The notes beneath the pieces were generated by a model, which had not been told where the DNA came from, did no database searches, and saw only the letters and a program-made list of their open reading frames with translations. A stretch of 64,000 nucleotides of DNA from Candidatus Bathyarchaeota archaeon. Lineage in GTDB: Archaea; Thermoproteota; Bathyarchaeia; 40CM-2-53-6. The position numbers and the translations under genes are program-made. The stretch lies in the NCBI GenBank assembly GCA_963706285.1, contig CAVPLU010000012.1:32001-96000 (forward strand). The letters run 5' to 3'. Of the stretch, positions 10,192-20,829 are shown piece after piece (position 1 is the first letter of the stretch; each line of letters begins with the position of its first letter).

Positions 10192-10839
10192 GTGGTGGCT
10201 CGATTGCGAAAAAGAAAAGCCCGAGCTCCGGCTCGGCGCGACCTCGAAGCCGAGCTTTCGCAGATCCTAGTCAAGACCGGTGCAACAAAGTTCGGTCTTT
10301 TCAAATTGTCCAGCGGAAAGCTAAGCCCATACTATATCGATCTCAGAATGATACCAGGAGATCCCACGGGGCTTCGTACTGTTATTGAAATCTACGAGAT
10401 GATGGTCAAATCGAAGATACGGCTCACCTCTTTTGATAGAATCGCCGGAGTGCCGACTGCTGGTGTACCATATGCTTCGATCCTCGCTTATCGACTTGCG
10501 AAACCTTTCCTCTATGTGAGAAGAGAGGCAAAGACGCATGGTGGACAGAGAAGAATCGAGGGCCAACTACTTCCCGGCGAGCGCGTCGTATTGGTTGACG
10601 ATTTGATAACAACGGGTAAGAACACGCTGGAGGCAGCAGAAGCTGTTCGTGCGGAGGGCGGGCAGGTCCAACACGCAATCGTACTAATCGACCGACAAGA
10701 GGGAGGGAAGGCGGCGCTTGCGGAAGCAGGATTGAAGTTGTATGCATATACAGATGTCACGAGGATCGCTCGTCGATTGCGAGACTCTGGGGTCATCGAG
10801 GAAGATCAGTACAAAGCGATTCTAGCGCAAATTGGGTAA
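10192..10839 (+). CDS. pyrE: orotate phosphoribosyltransferase
   Basis: F.LSSGK.SPYYIDLR; PRPP motif VVLVDDLITTG. Confidence 0.95.
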   Translation: MVARLRKRKARAPARRDLEAELSQILVKTGATKFGLFKLSSGKLSPYYIDLRMIPGDPTGLRTVIEIYEMMVKSKIRLTSFDRIAGVPTAGVPYASILAYRLAKPFLYVRREAKTHGGQRRIEGQLLPGERVVLVDDLITTGKNTLEAAEAVRAEGGQVQHAIVLIDRQEGGKAALAEAGLKLYAYTDVTRIARRLRDSGVIEEDQYKAILAQIG

Positions 10840-11353
10840 GTATATGTTCAGATATCCCTACACGTAGCTGAAACCTTACACAATTCGGTTTCCGCCTCCC
10901 TTGGAAGACAAGAGAACATCGGACAGATTGTCTGCAGTGGTGCACCATTCCAGCTGAATAGCAGGCCCATTCGTCACTGAAGACTAATCCTCTTGGTAAC
11001 GGAATGTCGATGTGCCCTGGCCTTCACCGTTCTATGTGTCGGCTTAGACGATGGAGGCTACTGTCAAGTCCAGACCGTGCTGCCCTGAATGTGGCTCAAG
11101 TGATACGCTACAGGACAGTGTGGATTTGTTCAGGTGCTACTCCTGCGGTCACGTCTGGACAAGCGATCTAAGTTTCGGTTCCTTGACACCTAGCGCTCTA
11201 GATTGACTGTCTGTTTCTTGCTCTTGCTGCTCGATCGTCTTGACTCCGCCTGGGCTCACGGCAGGAAGGAACATCTGTCATCCGGGTTTTCCAGCAAAGT
11301 GTATTATTCTTCAGAGCAGCAAGTGTCAGCTATCTGGGACGTGAGCTCGGGTC

Positions 11354-12034
11354 ATGCGCACCTTCAGGCCTCTTGTCGTTTCGATTCTGGCTATTGCCTT
11401 GTTGTCACCTGCCTTCTCTACAGCTCAAGGTAACAACATCATATTCAGCCAACTGGTACCGCTGAACAGCCAAGCCGGTGTAGCCGATGTGGGACCCATC
11501 GACAGCCCTTCTATCAGACCGACAGGCCTTTCTCTCAAACTGATTCTTACCATCTCAGCTACGGTCGAACCCAAAACCTACTCTATGGAGCTTGAATGTC
11601 CTTTTTGCGAGATAGCAGCTCTATCGGCGGACATGACGATAGTGGGTGAGAAGCACATATCTTCGGACACTTGGAACTTCAAGGATGGCCCCTATGTCAA
11701 GGAGTACATCGTGGAACTAAAGGCCACAAACACAGATATGACTCTGACAGTCTATCTCGATTCCGTTAGATTCAGTGGCATCACCAAGGATGGAATCCTC
11801 GCAAATCTCGAAGTTCTCGTCTACGATATGGCAAACTCCACCGCCCAGACGGTGACCCAAAGTACCGCCGCGGTCCAGACAACCAAACAACTCATTCCCG
11901 GCTTCACCGCTGCTCCAGAATCAATCATTCTTGGCCTGGCAATAGGACTAACAGTCTTAGCCGTCTTTGGAATTGTTGTAGGCGTGAAGCGTAACCGTGC
12001 TCACTCGTCTGCGCCAGTACCGAAACTAATGTAA
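11354..12034 (+). CDS. secreted protein with PGF-CTERM-like sorting signal
   Basis: Signal peptide, Thr-rich linker, IPGF + TM + KRNR. Confidence 0.75.
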   Translation: MRTFRPLVVSILAIALLSPAFSTAQGNNIIFSQLVPLNSQAGVADVGPIDSPSIRPTGLSLKLILTISATVEPKTYSMELECPFCEIAALSADMTIVGEKHISSDTWNFKDGPYVKEYIVELKATNTDMTLTVYLDSVRFSGITKDGILANLEVLVYDMANSTAQTVTQSTAAVQTTKQLIPGFTAAPESIILGLAIGLTVLAVFGIVVGVKRNRAHSSAPVPKLM

Positions 12035-12221
12035 AGGTCCCTGATGTTCGCCAAAATTCATTATGTGTGATCGTTTTGGGCTAATCTCGCCTCACGCATG
12101 CTCCTTCTGAGATACGCGAGATGAGGAGCTCTCGAATGGTCGATGTGTGGATTTCCCGCTGCGCCCACGGTGGACGCCGTGCCAGTGACTTAACATCTTT
12201 CTCTGAAATACGTCAATCAGG

Positions 12222-12602
12222 CTAGAATGGCACCTGGCATCCGCAACCTCGGCCTGGAATTCCTAGCTCCCGAAACATGCGGGAATCTCCTCCATACATA
12301 TTCTGAACTCTCTCGAGAGGAGGCTGATACATGTACTTCTGCCGTGGAGGTTGATATTCGTAGGTCTGAGCTGGAGGCTGATACCAGTACATCTGGGGAG
12401 GAGGTTGATAGGTGCATGTCTGAGTTGGGGGCTGATAGACGCGCTTCTCAGATGGAGGCTTGTAGGTGTATTCCTGCGGACGTGGCTGATAGTAGATTTC
12501 GGGCGGTTGAGGGGCTAGACGCTGCTCGGCCGTGTAGCATCGCTGTGGCACATAGACGGTGTATGCAACCGGTGGTCTCGGAACATAGTAGTATGACATC
12601 AC
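12222..12602 (-). CDS. Tyr/Gln/Pro-rich repeat protein
   Basis: 126-aa ORF with 9-aa xxxxYQPPx repeats. Confidence 0.6.
   Translation of the reverse strand: MMSYYYVPRPPVAYTVYVPQRCYTAEQRLAPQPPEIYYQPRPQEYTYKPPSEKRVYQPPTQTCTYQPPPQMYWYQPPAQTYEYQPPRQKYMYQPPLERVQNMYGGDSRMFRELGIPGRGCGCQVPF
12319..12500. repeat. degenerate 27-bp tandem repeat (about 7 units), coding
   Basis: GGAGGYTGATA-like core recurring every 27 bp. Confidence 0.85.
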
Positions 12603-12773
12603 TAAGTCGTTGAAGAGTAGACAAGGGAAGAAGGATAAACGTTACGCCACACCATGCAGTATTCACGGCAATATTTCGACCTGGAATTGCACGAAGATTT
12701 GCCGTTCATTTGAACACGCTAACGTCAATGGCCTGACAGATCCAAGTCTTGGCTCTTGCGCTGACTGAAATCT

Positions 12774-13286
12774 ATGATTGAACTGAGGAGGATCCTACAC
12801 ACGCTATTATGGAAGGACGATACATCTACCGACAATCTTCCAGGTGCAGCAACTGTGAGGAGAAATATCGTCGGTCTCGTAGTTGTCTGCACAATATTCC
12901 TGTGGGCAGCCTTCCCCATATTCATTCGGAGTTCTGATTTCGTTCTCGTATTGACTGTAACCCCCAGCGTGAACACTGAGTGTGTCACCGAGTCAGCGTG
13001 CTACAAATTACAGTTGGAGAACCGTGGGCTTTGGCCTGTCACAATCGCCATAGCAGAACTGCAGGTATATCCTTCTCTAATCGGTCCGAGTTTGAATGTG
13101 AACTGGCTGGGGCCTGCGCCTGATAAGACGCTGTTTCTTGTGCCATTCACAGGGTTGTCGTACACTTTCTCAATCAAGATTATGGGAGGCCTGCAGCCTC
13201 CAGATACGGTCTACGTGATTCTGACCGCAAACGTGACGGTCCTCTTTGTGACTCAGCATGCAGTCTTGCACAGCGGCAAACGCTAG
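12774..13286 (+). CDS. hypothetical membrane-anchored beta-rich protein
   Basis: One TM followed by an Ig-like pattern (LENRGLWPV.I). Confidence 0.55.
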   Translation: MIELRRILHTLLWKDDTSTDNLPGAATVRRNIVGLVVVCTIFLWAAFPIFIRSSDFVLVLTVTPSVNTECVTESACYKLQLENRGLWPVTIAIAELQVYPSLIGPSLNVNWLGPAPDKTLFLVPFTGLSYTFSIKIMGGLQPPDTVYVILTANVTVLFVTQHAVLHSGKR

Positions 13287-13313
13287 CACGAGAACCGATG
13301 TGATTCCTCGCCT

Positions 13314-14328
13314 CTATTCGCGTCTGAAAGAGCGAATGAGGTTTGAGGCAGCAGTGTAGGGATCAATCGCTCGGTTTGCAACCTGCTTTTCATATTCCGT
13401 AAAAGCCTGACTTCTTCGCAGATCGGGAATGAATTCGAGTTCTAGTTCCTGTTCAATAGCAGCCAGAAGTTGAGCCTCGCCGTCCATGAGCCCGCCCCTA
13501 GTGAGATGATATTTGGCAACGTATGCTTGATGCTCACGGATAGCGGCAACTCAACTCGAGAATTCCGCTAGGTTTGAGAGAATCTGTGAGAATCACTTGA
13601 GGCTGCCATGTTCGTTCAGAGCCGTAGGTTTGAAGCATGCCTCTGATGTCGAGAAGCGTTCTGTTTGCGCCTGGCAGGTCCGCCTTGTTTACAACGATTA
13701 TGTCTCCAATCTCCATGAGACCAGCCTTGAATGCTTGTATCTCATCTCCCCATCCAGGAGACAAAACAACCACAACAGTCTGGGCTAGTTTCATTATTTC
13801 CAAGTCTGTCTGACCTGCACCAGCAGTCTCTACTACGATATGATCCCAAGAAGCAGCGTCAAGTATGCTCACAACGTCTGCAGCTGCACGGCAAAGTCCA
13901 CCCACAGCGCCACGCGTTGCCATGCTTCTAATGAACACTCTGGGGTCTTCCGTTAGATCTCTCATCCTTATTCTGTCGCCCAATAGTGCCCCACCTGAGA
14001 AAGTGCTGCTTGGGTCGATGGCAACAACAGCGATTTTCTTCCCCTCGGCACTAACTCGTCTGGCCAAAGCTGCGATGAGGCTGCTCTTTCCGGAGCCTGG
14101 GGGTCCAGTGACTCCGACGACGGACGCCCGGCCAGTCTGTTGGAATAGTTTCCCAATCACGTGTTTTGCCGCGCTTCGATCGTTCTCAACTCTCGATATC
14201 AAACGCGAAAGTGACCTGCGGTTGCCGTGTGTTGTTTCTGCTATGAGTTCGTCCAGATCTTGTTCCCTTGACGAGTCCACTGTGGTCACGATACCTAGAG
14301 AGTTTATCCCATCCTCTGATCGAGACAC
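13314..14328 (-). CDS. meaB: MeaB/ArgK GTPase chaperone of B12 mutases (C-terminal indels)
   Basis: GVTGPPGSGKS, IDPSS.FSGGALLGDRIRM, FIRSMATRG, VVNKAD; C-terminus continues in other frames to DPYTAA..RRE*. Confidence 0.93.
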
Positions 14329-14331
14329 TGT

Positions 14332-15918
14332 CTAGAACGATACTTTTGGTTTGTACTCCCCGAAGGCTTCCATCAGAACGCCACTAATTTCCCCGTTTGT
14401 TGCTCCTGATTTCACGGCATTCAGTATGCTTGGCATCAGATTCGCGGGAGTGGCAGCATTGGATTTCAAAACCTGCAGCGTGTCTTCGACTCTGTGCGTG
14501 TTTCTTGAGCTCTTGTACTTTCGAAGTCTCTCGAGTTGTCTAGCCTCTGCTTCCGGATCGACTCGATGGATCTTGAACCTTAGATCTTCCATTTCAGTGA
14601 ACTTGTTTACGCCTACAACGGTCTTGTCGCCGCCATCTTGACGCAGTTTTGCGTCATACGCGCTGTGCCTGATTTCGTCTTGCATGTACCCGGATTCGAT
14701 CGCTGCTAGGGCACCCCCCATGGCATCGATCTTCTTGAACTCCTGATTCACTCTCTTTTCAATCTCATCGGTCAAGTATTCGACGTAGTATGATCCCCCA
14801 AGAGGATCGACCGTTCTTATGACTCCCGACTCATGTGCCAAGATCTGTTGAGTTCTCAGTGCCACCTTCACGGCCTCTTCTGTAGGCAGGCATAGAGCCT
14901 CGTCGTATGAGTTGGTGTGAAGCGACTGCGTCCCCCCAAGCACCGCGGCAAGAGACTGCAGCGTGACTCTTACGATGTTATTGTGAGGTTGCCTCGCGGT
15001 CAGGCTCTCTCCGCTCGTCTGAGTGTGGAATCTCAACATCCATGATTCTTTTGCCTGAGCATTGAACATCTCTTTCATGATTTTGGCCCAGATGCGTCTG
15101 GCAGCCCGAAACTTCGCAACCTCCTCAAAAAGATCGTTCTGACATGCGAAGAAAAATGATAGACGAGGTGCGAAAGAATCCACGGTCATGCCTCTTTCTA
15201 GGCATGTCTTCACGTACTCGATGGCATTTGCGAATGTGAACGCGAGTTCTTGGATAGCATTTGCTCCGGCTTCGCGGATATGGTACCCGCTGATACTAAT
15301 CGGGTACCATTTCGGAACTTGTTTCGCACAGTAGTCTATGAGATCTGCACAAAGTCTGAGAGAGGCTTTTGGAGGGTAGATGTACGTGTTCCTCGCAACG
15401 TATTCCTTCAGAATGTCGTTCTGAGTGGTTCCCCTCAGAAGCTCAGGCAAAACACCCCTCTCCTGGGCGACTGCCACATACATTGCCAAGAGTGTCGTCG
15501 CTGTCGAGTTAATCGTCATCGAGGTACTTACTTTGTCAAGGGGAATGTCTTCGAGTAGGGTGCGCATGTCATCAATTGTGCTGATCGGAACTCCGACCTT
15601 GCCTACTTCCCCCTGCGCTCGGGTGCTGTCGGCGTCAAGCCCAAGCTGGGTAGGGAGATCGAATGCGACACTCAATCCTGTCTGTCCATGCTGTAGCAGG
15701 TACCTGAATCGCTCATTGGTCTCCTCAGCGCTGCCGAAACCACTGTACTGCCTCATGGTCCAGACTCTTTCCCTATACATAGTGGAGTAGATTCCGCGAG
15801 TGAAGGGATACATTCCCGGCTTGAAATCGGGGCCACCTTCCGAAGGAGGCGGAGTTCCCGAGTAGATTACATCGACCGGGATTCCGGAGTCTGTACGCAT
15901 CTCTTTTGCTAGACCCAT
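14332..15918 (-). CDS. methylmalonyl-CoA mutase large (substrate-binding) subunit
   Basis: [46 protein letters not shown]. Confidence 0.93.
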   Translation of the reverse strand: MGLAKEMRTDSGIPVDVIYSGTPPPSEGGPDFKPGMYPFTRGIYSTMYRERVWTMRQYSGFGSAEETNERFRYLLQHGQTGLSVAFDLPTQLGLDADSTRAQGEVGKVGVPISTIDDMRTLLEDIPLDKVSTSMTINSTATTLLAMYVAVAQERGVLPELLRGTTQNDILKEYVARNTYIYPPKASLRLCADLIDYCAKQVPKWYPISISGYHIREAGANAIQELAFTFANAIEYVKTCLERGMTVDSFAPRLSFFFACQNDLFEEVAKFRAARRIWAKIMKEMFNAQAKESWMLRFHTQTSGESLTARQPHNNIVRVTLQSLAAVLGGTQSLHTNSYDEALCLPTEEAVKVALRTQQILAHESGVIRTVDPLGGSYYVEYLTDEIEKRVNQEFKKIDAMGGALAAIESGYMQDEIRHSAYDAKLRQDGGDKTVVGVNKFTEMEDLRFKIHRVDPEAEARQLERLRKYKSSRNTHRVEDTLQVLKSNAATPANLMPSILNAVKSGATNGEISGVLMEAFGEYKPKVSF

Positions 15919-15947
15919 CCTTCTCCAGCACACTGCCTTGACATGCG

Positions 15948-17784
15948 ATGTCGAGGAGACAGCTAGAAAAAGCGCTTATAGCTTATGCGCTAGACTTGGA
16001 ACTTGGAGGCAAATGCACCGCAATGTCTCCGACCGAGAAAATGAACTTCTGGAAAACCACTCTGAAGCAGCTGAAAGCGAAACGAAAGGCAAGGTCTCCA
16101 ATGCTCTTGAATTCTCAAAGGAGAAAACTGACAGCTGAGGAGCGACGATGGGAGAAGAAGATACTGAGTCCTTGGCTCTCGGATAATCCGGAATCCAAGA
16201 GTGGATTCAGGAATGCTTCTGGCATCGCCCTGAATCGAATCTACACTCCGAAGGAGACTGCCTCTGACGATTACACGAAAGACGTTGGGTTCCCGGGCAA
16301 TTTTCCGTACACTCGAGGAATCTACCCAACAATGTACCGTGGACGAACATGGACTATGCGCCTCTTTTCAGGATTCGGCACGCCCGAAGACACCAACAAG
16401 AGACTACGCTACCTTCTTGACCACGGCGAAACAGGACTGAGCATAGCCTTCGACATGCCCACTCTCTACGGGTATGATGCGGATCATCCACGTGCGCTAG
16501 GAGAAGTGGGAAAATGCGGCGTATCAGTCTCATCGCTCGAGGACATGGAGCACCTCTTTGCCGATATCCCTCTAGGAAAGGTGAGTACCTCGATGACGAT
16601 CAATGCCCCCGCAGCGATCCTCACTTGTATGTACATTGCGGTCGCACAGAAACAAGGGGTTGCACCCTCTCAGATCAAGGGTACAGTTCAGACGGACATT
16701 CTCAAGGAGTACATAGCTCAGAAGGAGTGGAACTACCCCCCTGAGGCGCACCTTCGCATAATCCGAGACATGATCGCATACTCCACAAGAAATTTGCCGC
16801 ATTGGAATTACGTCAGCGTCAGTGGATATCATATCCGTGAAGCTGGATCAAGCGCCCTCCAAGAGCTCGCCTTCACTCTTGCCGACGGATTTGAGTACAT
16901 CAAACTCGGCGTAGAAGCCGGTCTCAAAGTGGACGACTTCGCTCCACGGCTCTCCTTCTTCTTCAATTGTGGAATGGATCTTTTTGAGGAGGTTGCGAAG
17001 TTTCGGGCTGCCAGACGCATCTGGGCTCACGTGATGAAGAACCGATTTCGGGCAAGAGATCCACGGTCTATGCTCCTAAGATTCCATACACAGACTTCTG
17101 GAGCTTCGCTAACGTGGCAGCAACCGTTGAACAACATCGTAAGGACAGCGATTGAGGCTCTTGCCGCGGTGCTTGGGGGGACGCAGTCGCTTCACACCAA
17201 CTCATACGACGAAGCCTGGGCGCTGCCTACCGAGGAAGCCGCAACAATTGCACTTGAGAACTCAACAGATAATAGCAGAAGAGACGGGCGTCGCGGACGT
17301 GATTGATCCGCTTGGCGGATCATACTATGTTGAATACTTAACCGATGAGATGGAGAGGCAATCGTACGAGTACTTCGACAGGATTGAGTCTCTAGGCGGG
17401 GTCCTTCCAGCAATCAAAGACGGGTTCTTCCAGAAGGAAATCGCTGACACCGCATACAAGTACCAGAAAGAGATCGAGCGTCGCGAGCGGGTGGTCGTGG
17501 GAGTGAACAAATACGCGATGAAGGAACAGTCTCCTTTGAACACATTGAAAGTCGACATTGCCGGTCAAGAGAGACAGATTCGCAGACTGAAAGAGTTGAA
17601 GGTTCGCCGCGACAACTCGAGAGTCAAGACAGCATTGGACAACTTGCGCCATACGCTGGAGAATGATAAAGCGAATTGCATCGTACCCATCCTCAACGCC
17701 GTGCAGGAATACGCAACATTGGGCGAGATTACTGAGGTCGGTCGTCAAGTTTTCGGCGATTGGAAGGAGCCAGGCATACTGTAG
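15948..17784 (+). CDS. acyl-CoA mutase large subunit, isobutyryl-CoA mutase-like (1-nt insertion near 17255; true start may be 16023)
   Basis: [24 protein letters not shown], continuing as [12 protein letters not shown]...[10 protein letters not shown] in the next frame. Confidence 0.9.
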
Positions 17785-17873
17785 AATCTACATTCTCGAC
17801 GTTAATGTTATCAGAGCCGTATGAGAGATACAGGTCAAGGGGAAGCATTACGCAGGCCGTGACAGTGAAATCG

Positions 17874-18315
17874 ATGGAGCCTAAGGCAGGCGCAGGCATC
17901 AGGATCTTGGTCGCTAAACCCGGGCTTGAGCGAATCTGAACAGCTAGACGGGCACGACCGAGGAGCACTGGTTCTCTGCAGAGCATTCAGAGACGCCGGT
18001 ATGGAAGTGATCTACGCCGGACTATTGGCGACACCTGAGCAGGTGGCACAGATGGCAGTAGACGAAGACGTCGACGTGGTCGCGATGAGCCTGCTGAACG
18101 GTGCACATCTCACGGCCTTTCCCAAGGTCGCCAACTTGCTACGACAGAAGGGTGCGAGTGACATTGTCCTCGTTGGCGGGGGGATAATCCCCGAAGAGGA
18201 TAAGCCACTATTGGAGAAAGAGAGGATAACGGGCAATTTCGGCCCTGGAACTCCTCTCAGCGAGATCATCAACCACATAGTTGAAAGAGTGAAAAAGGAA
18301 AGACGCCGTGGTTAA
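17874..18315 (+). CDS. acyl-CoA mutase cobalamin-binding small subunit; exons 17874-17928 and 17948-18315
   Basis: Spliced product [41 protein letters not shown]...GGGIIP, 140 aa. Confidence 0.92.
17929..17947 (+). other. 19-nt BHB intron in mRNA
   Basis: CCCG-GGCT-[TG^A]-G..C-AGCT-[AG^A]-CGGG; removal restores the frame and the GAC codon of DGHDRG. Confidence 0.88.
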
Positions 18316-18782
18316 ACGAGCGGTGCCTCTGCGTTTTCGGCGTACGACTGCCTTGCAGAACTTCACCTTCAGAGCATGCGTACCTGACGCCTTTCGAATA
18401 GGATTTTGGCGTATTGTTTTAGCCCATTCATGGCTTCCAAGGGCCACACTAACTGACAGCCCTGACTTCGGGCACATTAAGATGTGTACCCAAGAGCACA
18501 CAAATATCTGGGAAGCAAACCACTGATGGATTCAGACCAGGGAACAGTCCACCGAAATTGAGATGTGGTCACCTCGGCCACATCAAATACCCCCAGGATC
18601 TACAGGCACGGGGTCATCTACTCTCTTCCGCGCTTCCACTTCACGCTAATTTGGAGACCACACATGGAACGCACAGCGCCGATGTTAGAGATTCCTCGAA
18701 AAATCCATTACAACCTCAAACGGGTGAAGGAACAAAGCGCTTTATCATAAGCAACCCACCTCTTCTCTTCGAGGCGAAAACT

Positions 18783-20063
18783 ATGAGAAAGGTCGCAGTT
18801 GTTGCTGGTGGAATTTCCAGATATCAAAAACCGAGGCATGAAAACCAGGAGGAAATGGTTGCCGAGGCGATGAAAGAGGCGCTGGAGGACACTCCCAATC
18901 TCTCGATTCGAGATATAGACAATCATGTGTGTTCCTACTTTAGCGATCACTTTGAGCAGCAACTCGCGTTCTCATGGATACCTAATGATTACCTTGGACT
19001 TACGCCGAAGCCCGTCTTCAGAGTTGAAAATGGCGGAGCTGGACCTGGAACAGCAATCAGGACTGCTTGGGCGCTTGTTGCATCAGGCCTGTCAGATATC
19101 TGCTTAGTAAGTGGTTTCGAGAAGCAAGGTGAAGTTTCGTCAGCAAAGGCAAACGAGTTCATCGCTTTGGCAAGCGATACTGACTTCGACTTCCCAGTTG
19201 GCGGCTACTATACTGGCTACTATGCCGCGATGGAGGCACGTCACATGTACCTCTATGGCGAGACTGAGGAAGATCTTGCCATGATCGCCGTCAAGAACCG
19301 GAACTACAGCTTGGATAACCCATACGCACAGTGGCCGATTGAATGTGGAGGAAAGCGAATTACCGTTAGCGATGTCTTGTCGTCTCGTCTGATCGCATGG
19401 CCTCTCAAAGTACTTGACTGCTGCCTACTGAGCGAAGGAGCCAGCGTCATTGTATTGGCCTCACCGAAGTACGCCAAGAAGATCACGGATACGCCGATCT
19501 GGATAACGGGAGTCGGGCTTGGAAGCGACATGATGAGACCGGGGGATCGACCTGACAATCCAGGTTTCCATGGCATGTTCCCGAGCGAAGCCCGAGCGTA
19601 CCCGAAACACGCGCTAAAACCACGAGAACCATACCCTGAGATGACAAACTTCGGAGCTTGCAAGGTTGCAGCGCGGACCGCGTACAAGATGGCGGGAATC
19701 AAGAAGCCAGTCAAGGAGATCGATATTGTAGAGATACATGACGCGTATGATTCGAGCGAGCTCCAAACATACGAGGATCTTGACTTCTGCAAGAGAGGCG
19801 AAGGCAAGAATCTCATTCGAGAAGGGCAGACCTACGTCGACGGTGACATTCCAGTCAATGTGAGTGGAGGCCTCGAAGGTTTTGGTCATCCTGTGGGATC
19901 GACAGCAATTGGCCAAACAGTGGAGCTATTCTGGCAGCTTAGACAGGAAATTGGTAGGAAGCATAAGAGTGATGCAACTCAAGTCAAAGGAGCCAAAGTG
20001 GGGCTCAATCACAGCCACGCAGGGACCGGAACCGCGATCGCAGTCATGATCATGGAAAGGTGA
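18783..20063 (+). CDS. thiolase-like protein (SCP-x/Ltp2-like) lacking the nucleophilic Cys
   Basis: RVENGGAG, LAMIAVKNR, EIHDAY, NVSGGL...GHPVG. Confidence 0.88.
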   Translation: MRKVAVVAGGISRYQKPRHENQEEMVAEAMKEALEDTPNLSIRDIDNHVCSYFSDHFEQQLAFSWIPNDYLGLTPKPVFRVENGGAGPGTAIRTAWALVASGLSDICLVSGFEKQGEVSSAKANEFIALASDTDFDFPVGGYYTGYYAAMEARHMYLYGETEEDLAMIAVKNRNYSLDNPYAQWPIECGGKRITVSDVLSSRLIAWPLKVLDCCLLSEGASVIVLASPKYAKKITDTPIWITGVGLGSDMMRPGDRPDNPGFHGMFPSEARAYPKHALKPREPYPEMTNFGACKVAARTAYKMAGIKKPVKEIDIVEIHDAYDSSELQTYEDLDFCKRGEGKNLIREGQTYVDGDIPVNVSGGLEGFGHPVGSTAIGQTVELFWQLRQEIGRKHKSDATQVKGAKVGLNHSHAGTGTAIAVMIMER

Positions 20064-20737
20064 ACCAAATGGAGCCTGACAAAGTCATCAAAGAGAAGAA
20101 GCCAGACTCAAAATGGTCAGAATGGGGTAGACTCGGAAAGTGGAATGTTGTAGGCTACAAGATCATCGAGGGGAACAAGGGCCCTAGACCAGACAAACTC
20201 CAAAGAGCTCGCTACATGCTCGTCAACCGTCCATGGGACGTGATGTATGAGCATAGCTATGGACTGGTCTCGAAATTCTTTGAAGGGCTCATGGAAAAGA
20301 AATTGATGGGAACCAAATGCCCGAAATGCGGAGACGTGTTCTGCCCACCGAGAGCGCACTGCTGGAGAAACAGCTGCAAGCTGGCGGAAACGGAGTGGGT
20401 AGAGATGCCAATGCATGGCATTCTCCACTGTTTCACAGTACTTGGTTTCGCAGGTGAGGCGTTTCTGTCAGATCTCCCATTCATACTCGCATACGTGAGA
20501 GTGGATGGAGCAAATACGATGATTGCAGGCAGATTTGTTGGGATGGATCCTGAAGACGTTGAATGTGACATGAAGGTAAACGTGAATTTTGTCGAGCATC
20601 CAACTGGAACTCCAATGGACATCTACTTTACTCCAGAAGGCCCACCGCTCGGCAGGCGCTCAGCGGAAGCAAAGGAACGGATGCGGAAGCAGCTTGAGCC
20701 AATTCGAGCATACGTGAAGGCGAAGTTCGGAAAATAG
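20060..20737 (+). CDS. DUF35/ChsH2-type zinc-ribbon OB-fold protein
   Basis: LMGTKCPKCG.VFCPPRAHC; follows thiolase gene. Confidence 0.88.
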   Translation: MNQMEPDKVIKEKKPDSKWSEWGRLGKWNVVGYKIIEGNKGPRPDKLQRARYMLVNRPWDVMYEHSYGLVSKFFEGLMEKKLMGTKCPKCGDVFCPPRAHCWRNSCKLAETEWVEMPMHGILHCFTVLGFAGEAFLSDLPFILAYVRVDGANTMIAGRFVGMDPEDVECDMKVNVNFVEHPTGTPMDIYFTPEGPPLGRRSAEAKERMRKQLEPIRAYVKAKFGK

Positions 20738-20829
20738 CAACAACCTACACCTCAAGCGATGAGTTATTAGGCAATATGCTGTGACAGCTTGGGCCTGTTC
20801 AACGATCAGTTGTCTTGTCAGTGGTAAGC

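Noticed and set aside
10850-11340. About 500-bp gap after pyrE as a hidden gene or ncRNA
   Set aside because: No coherent ORF, motif or strong structure could be supported.
12319-12500. 27-bp repeats as a CRISPR array
   Set aside because: No repeat-spacer alternation, the period is a multiple of 3 with a conserved peptide motif, and there are no cas genes.
19520-19650. Insertion in thiolase 1 as an in-frame intron
   Set aside because: Open, protein-like sequence with no BHB evident at its borders.
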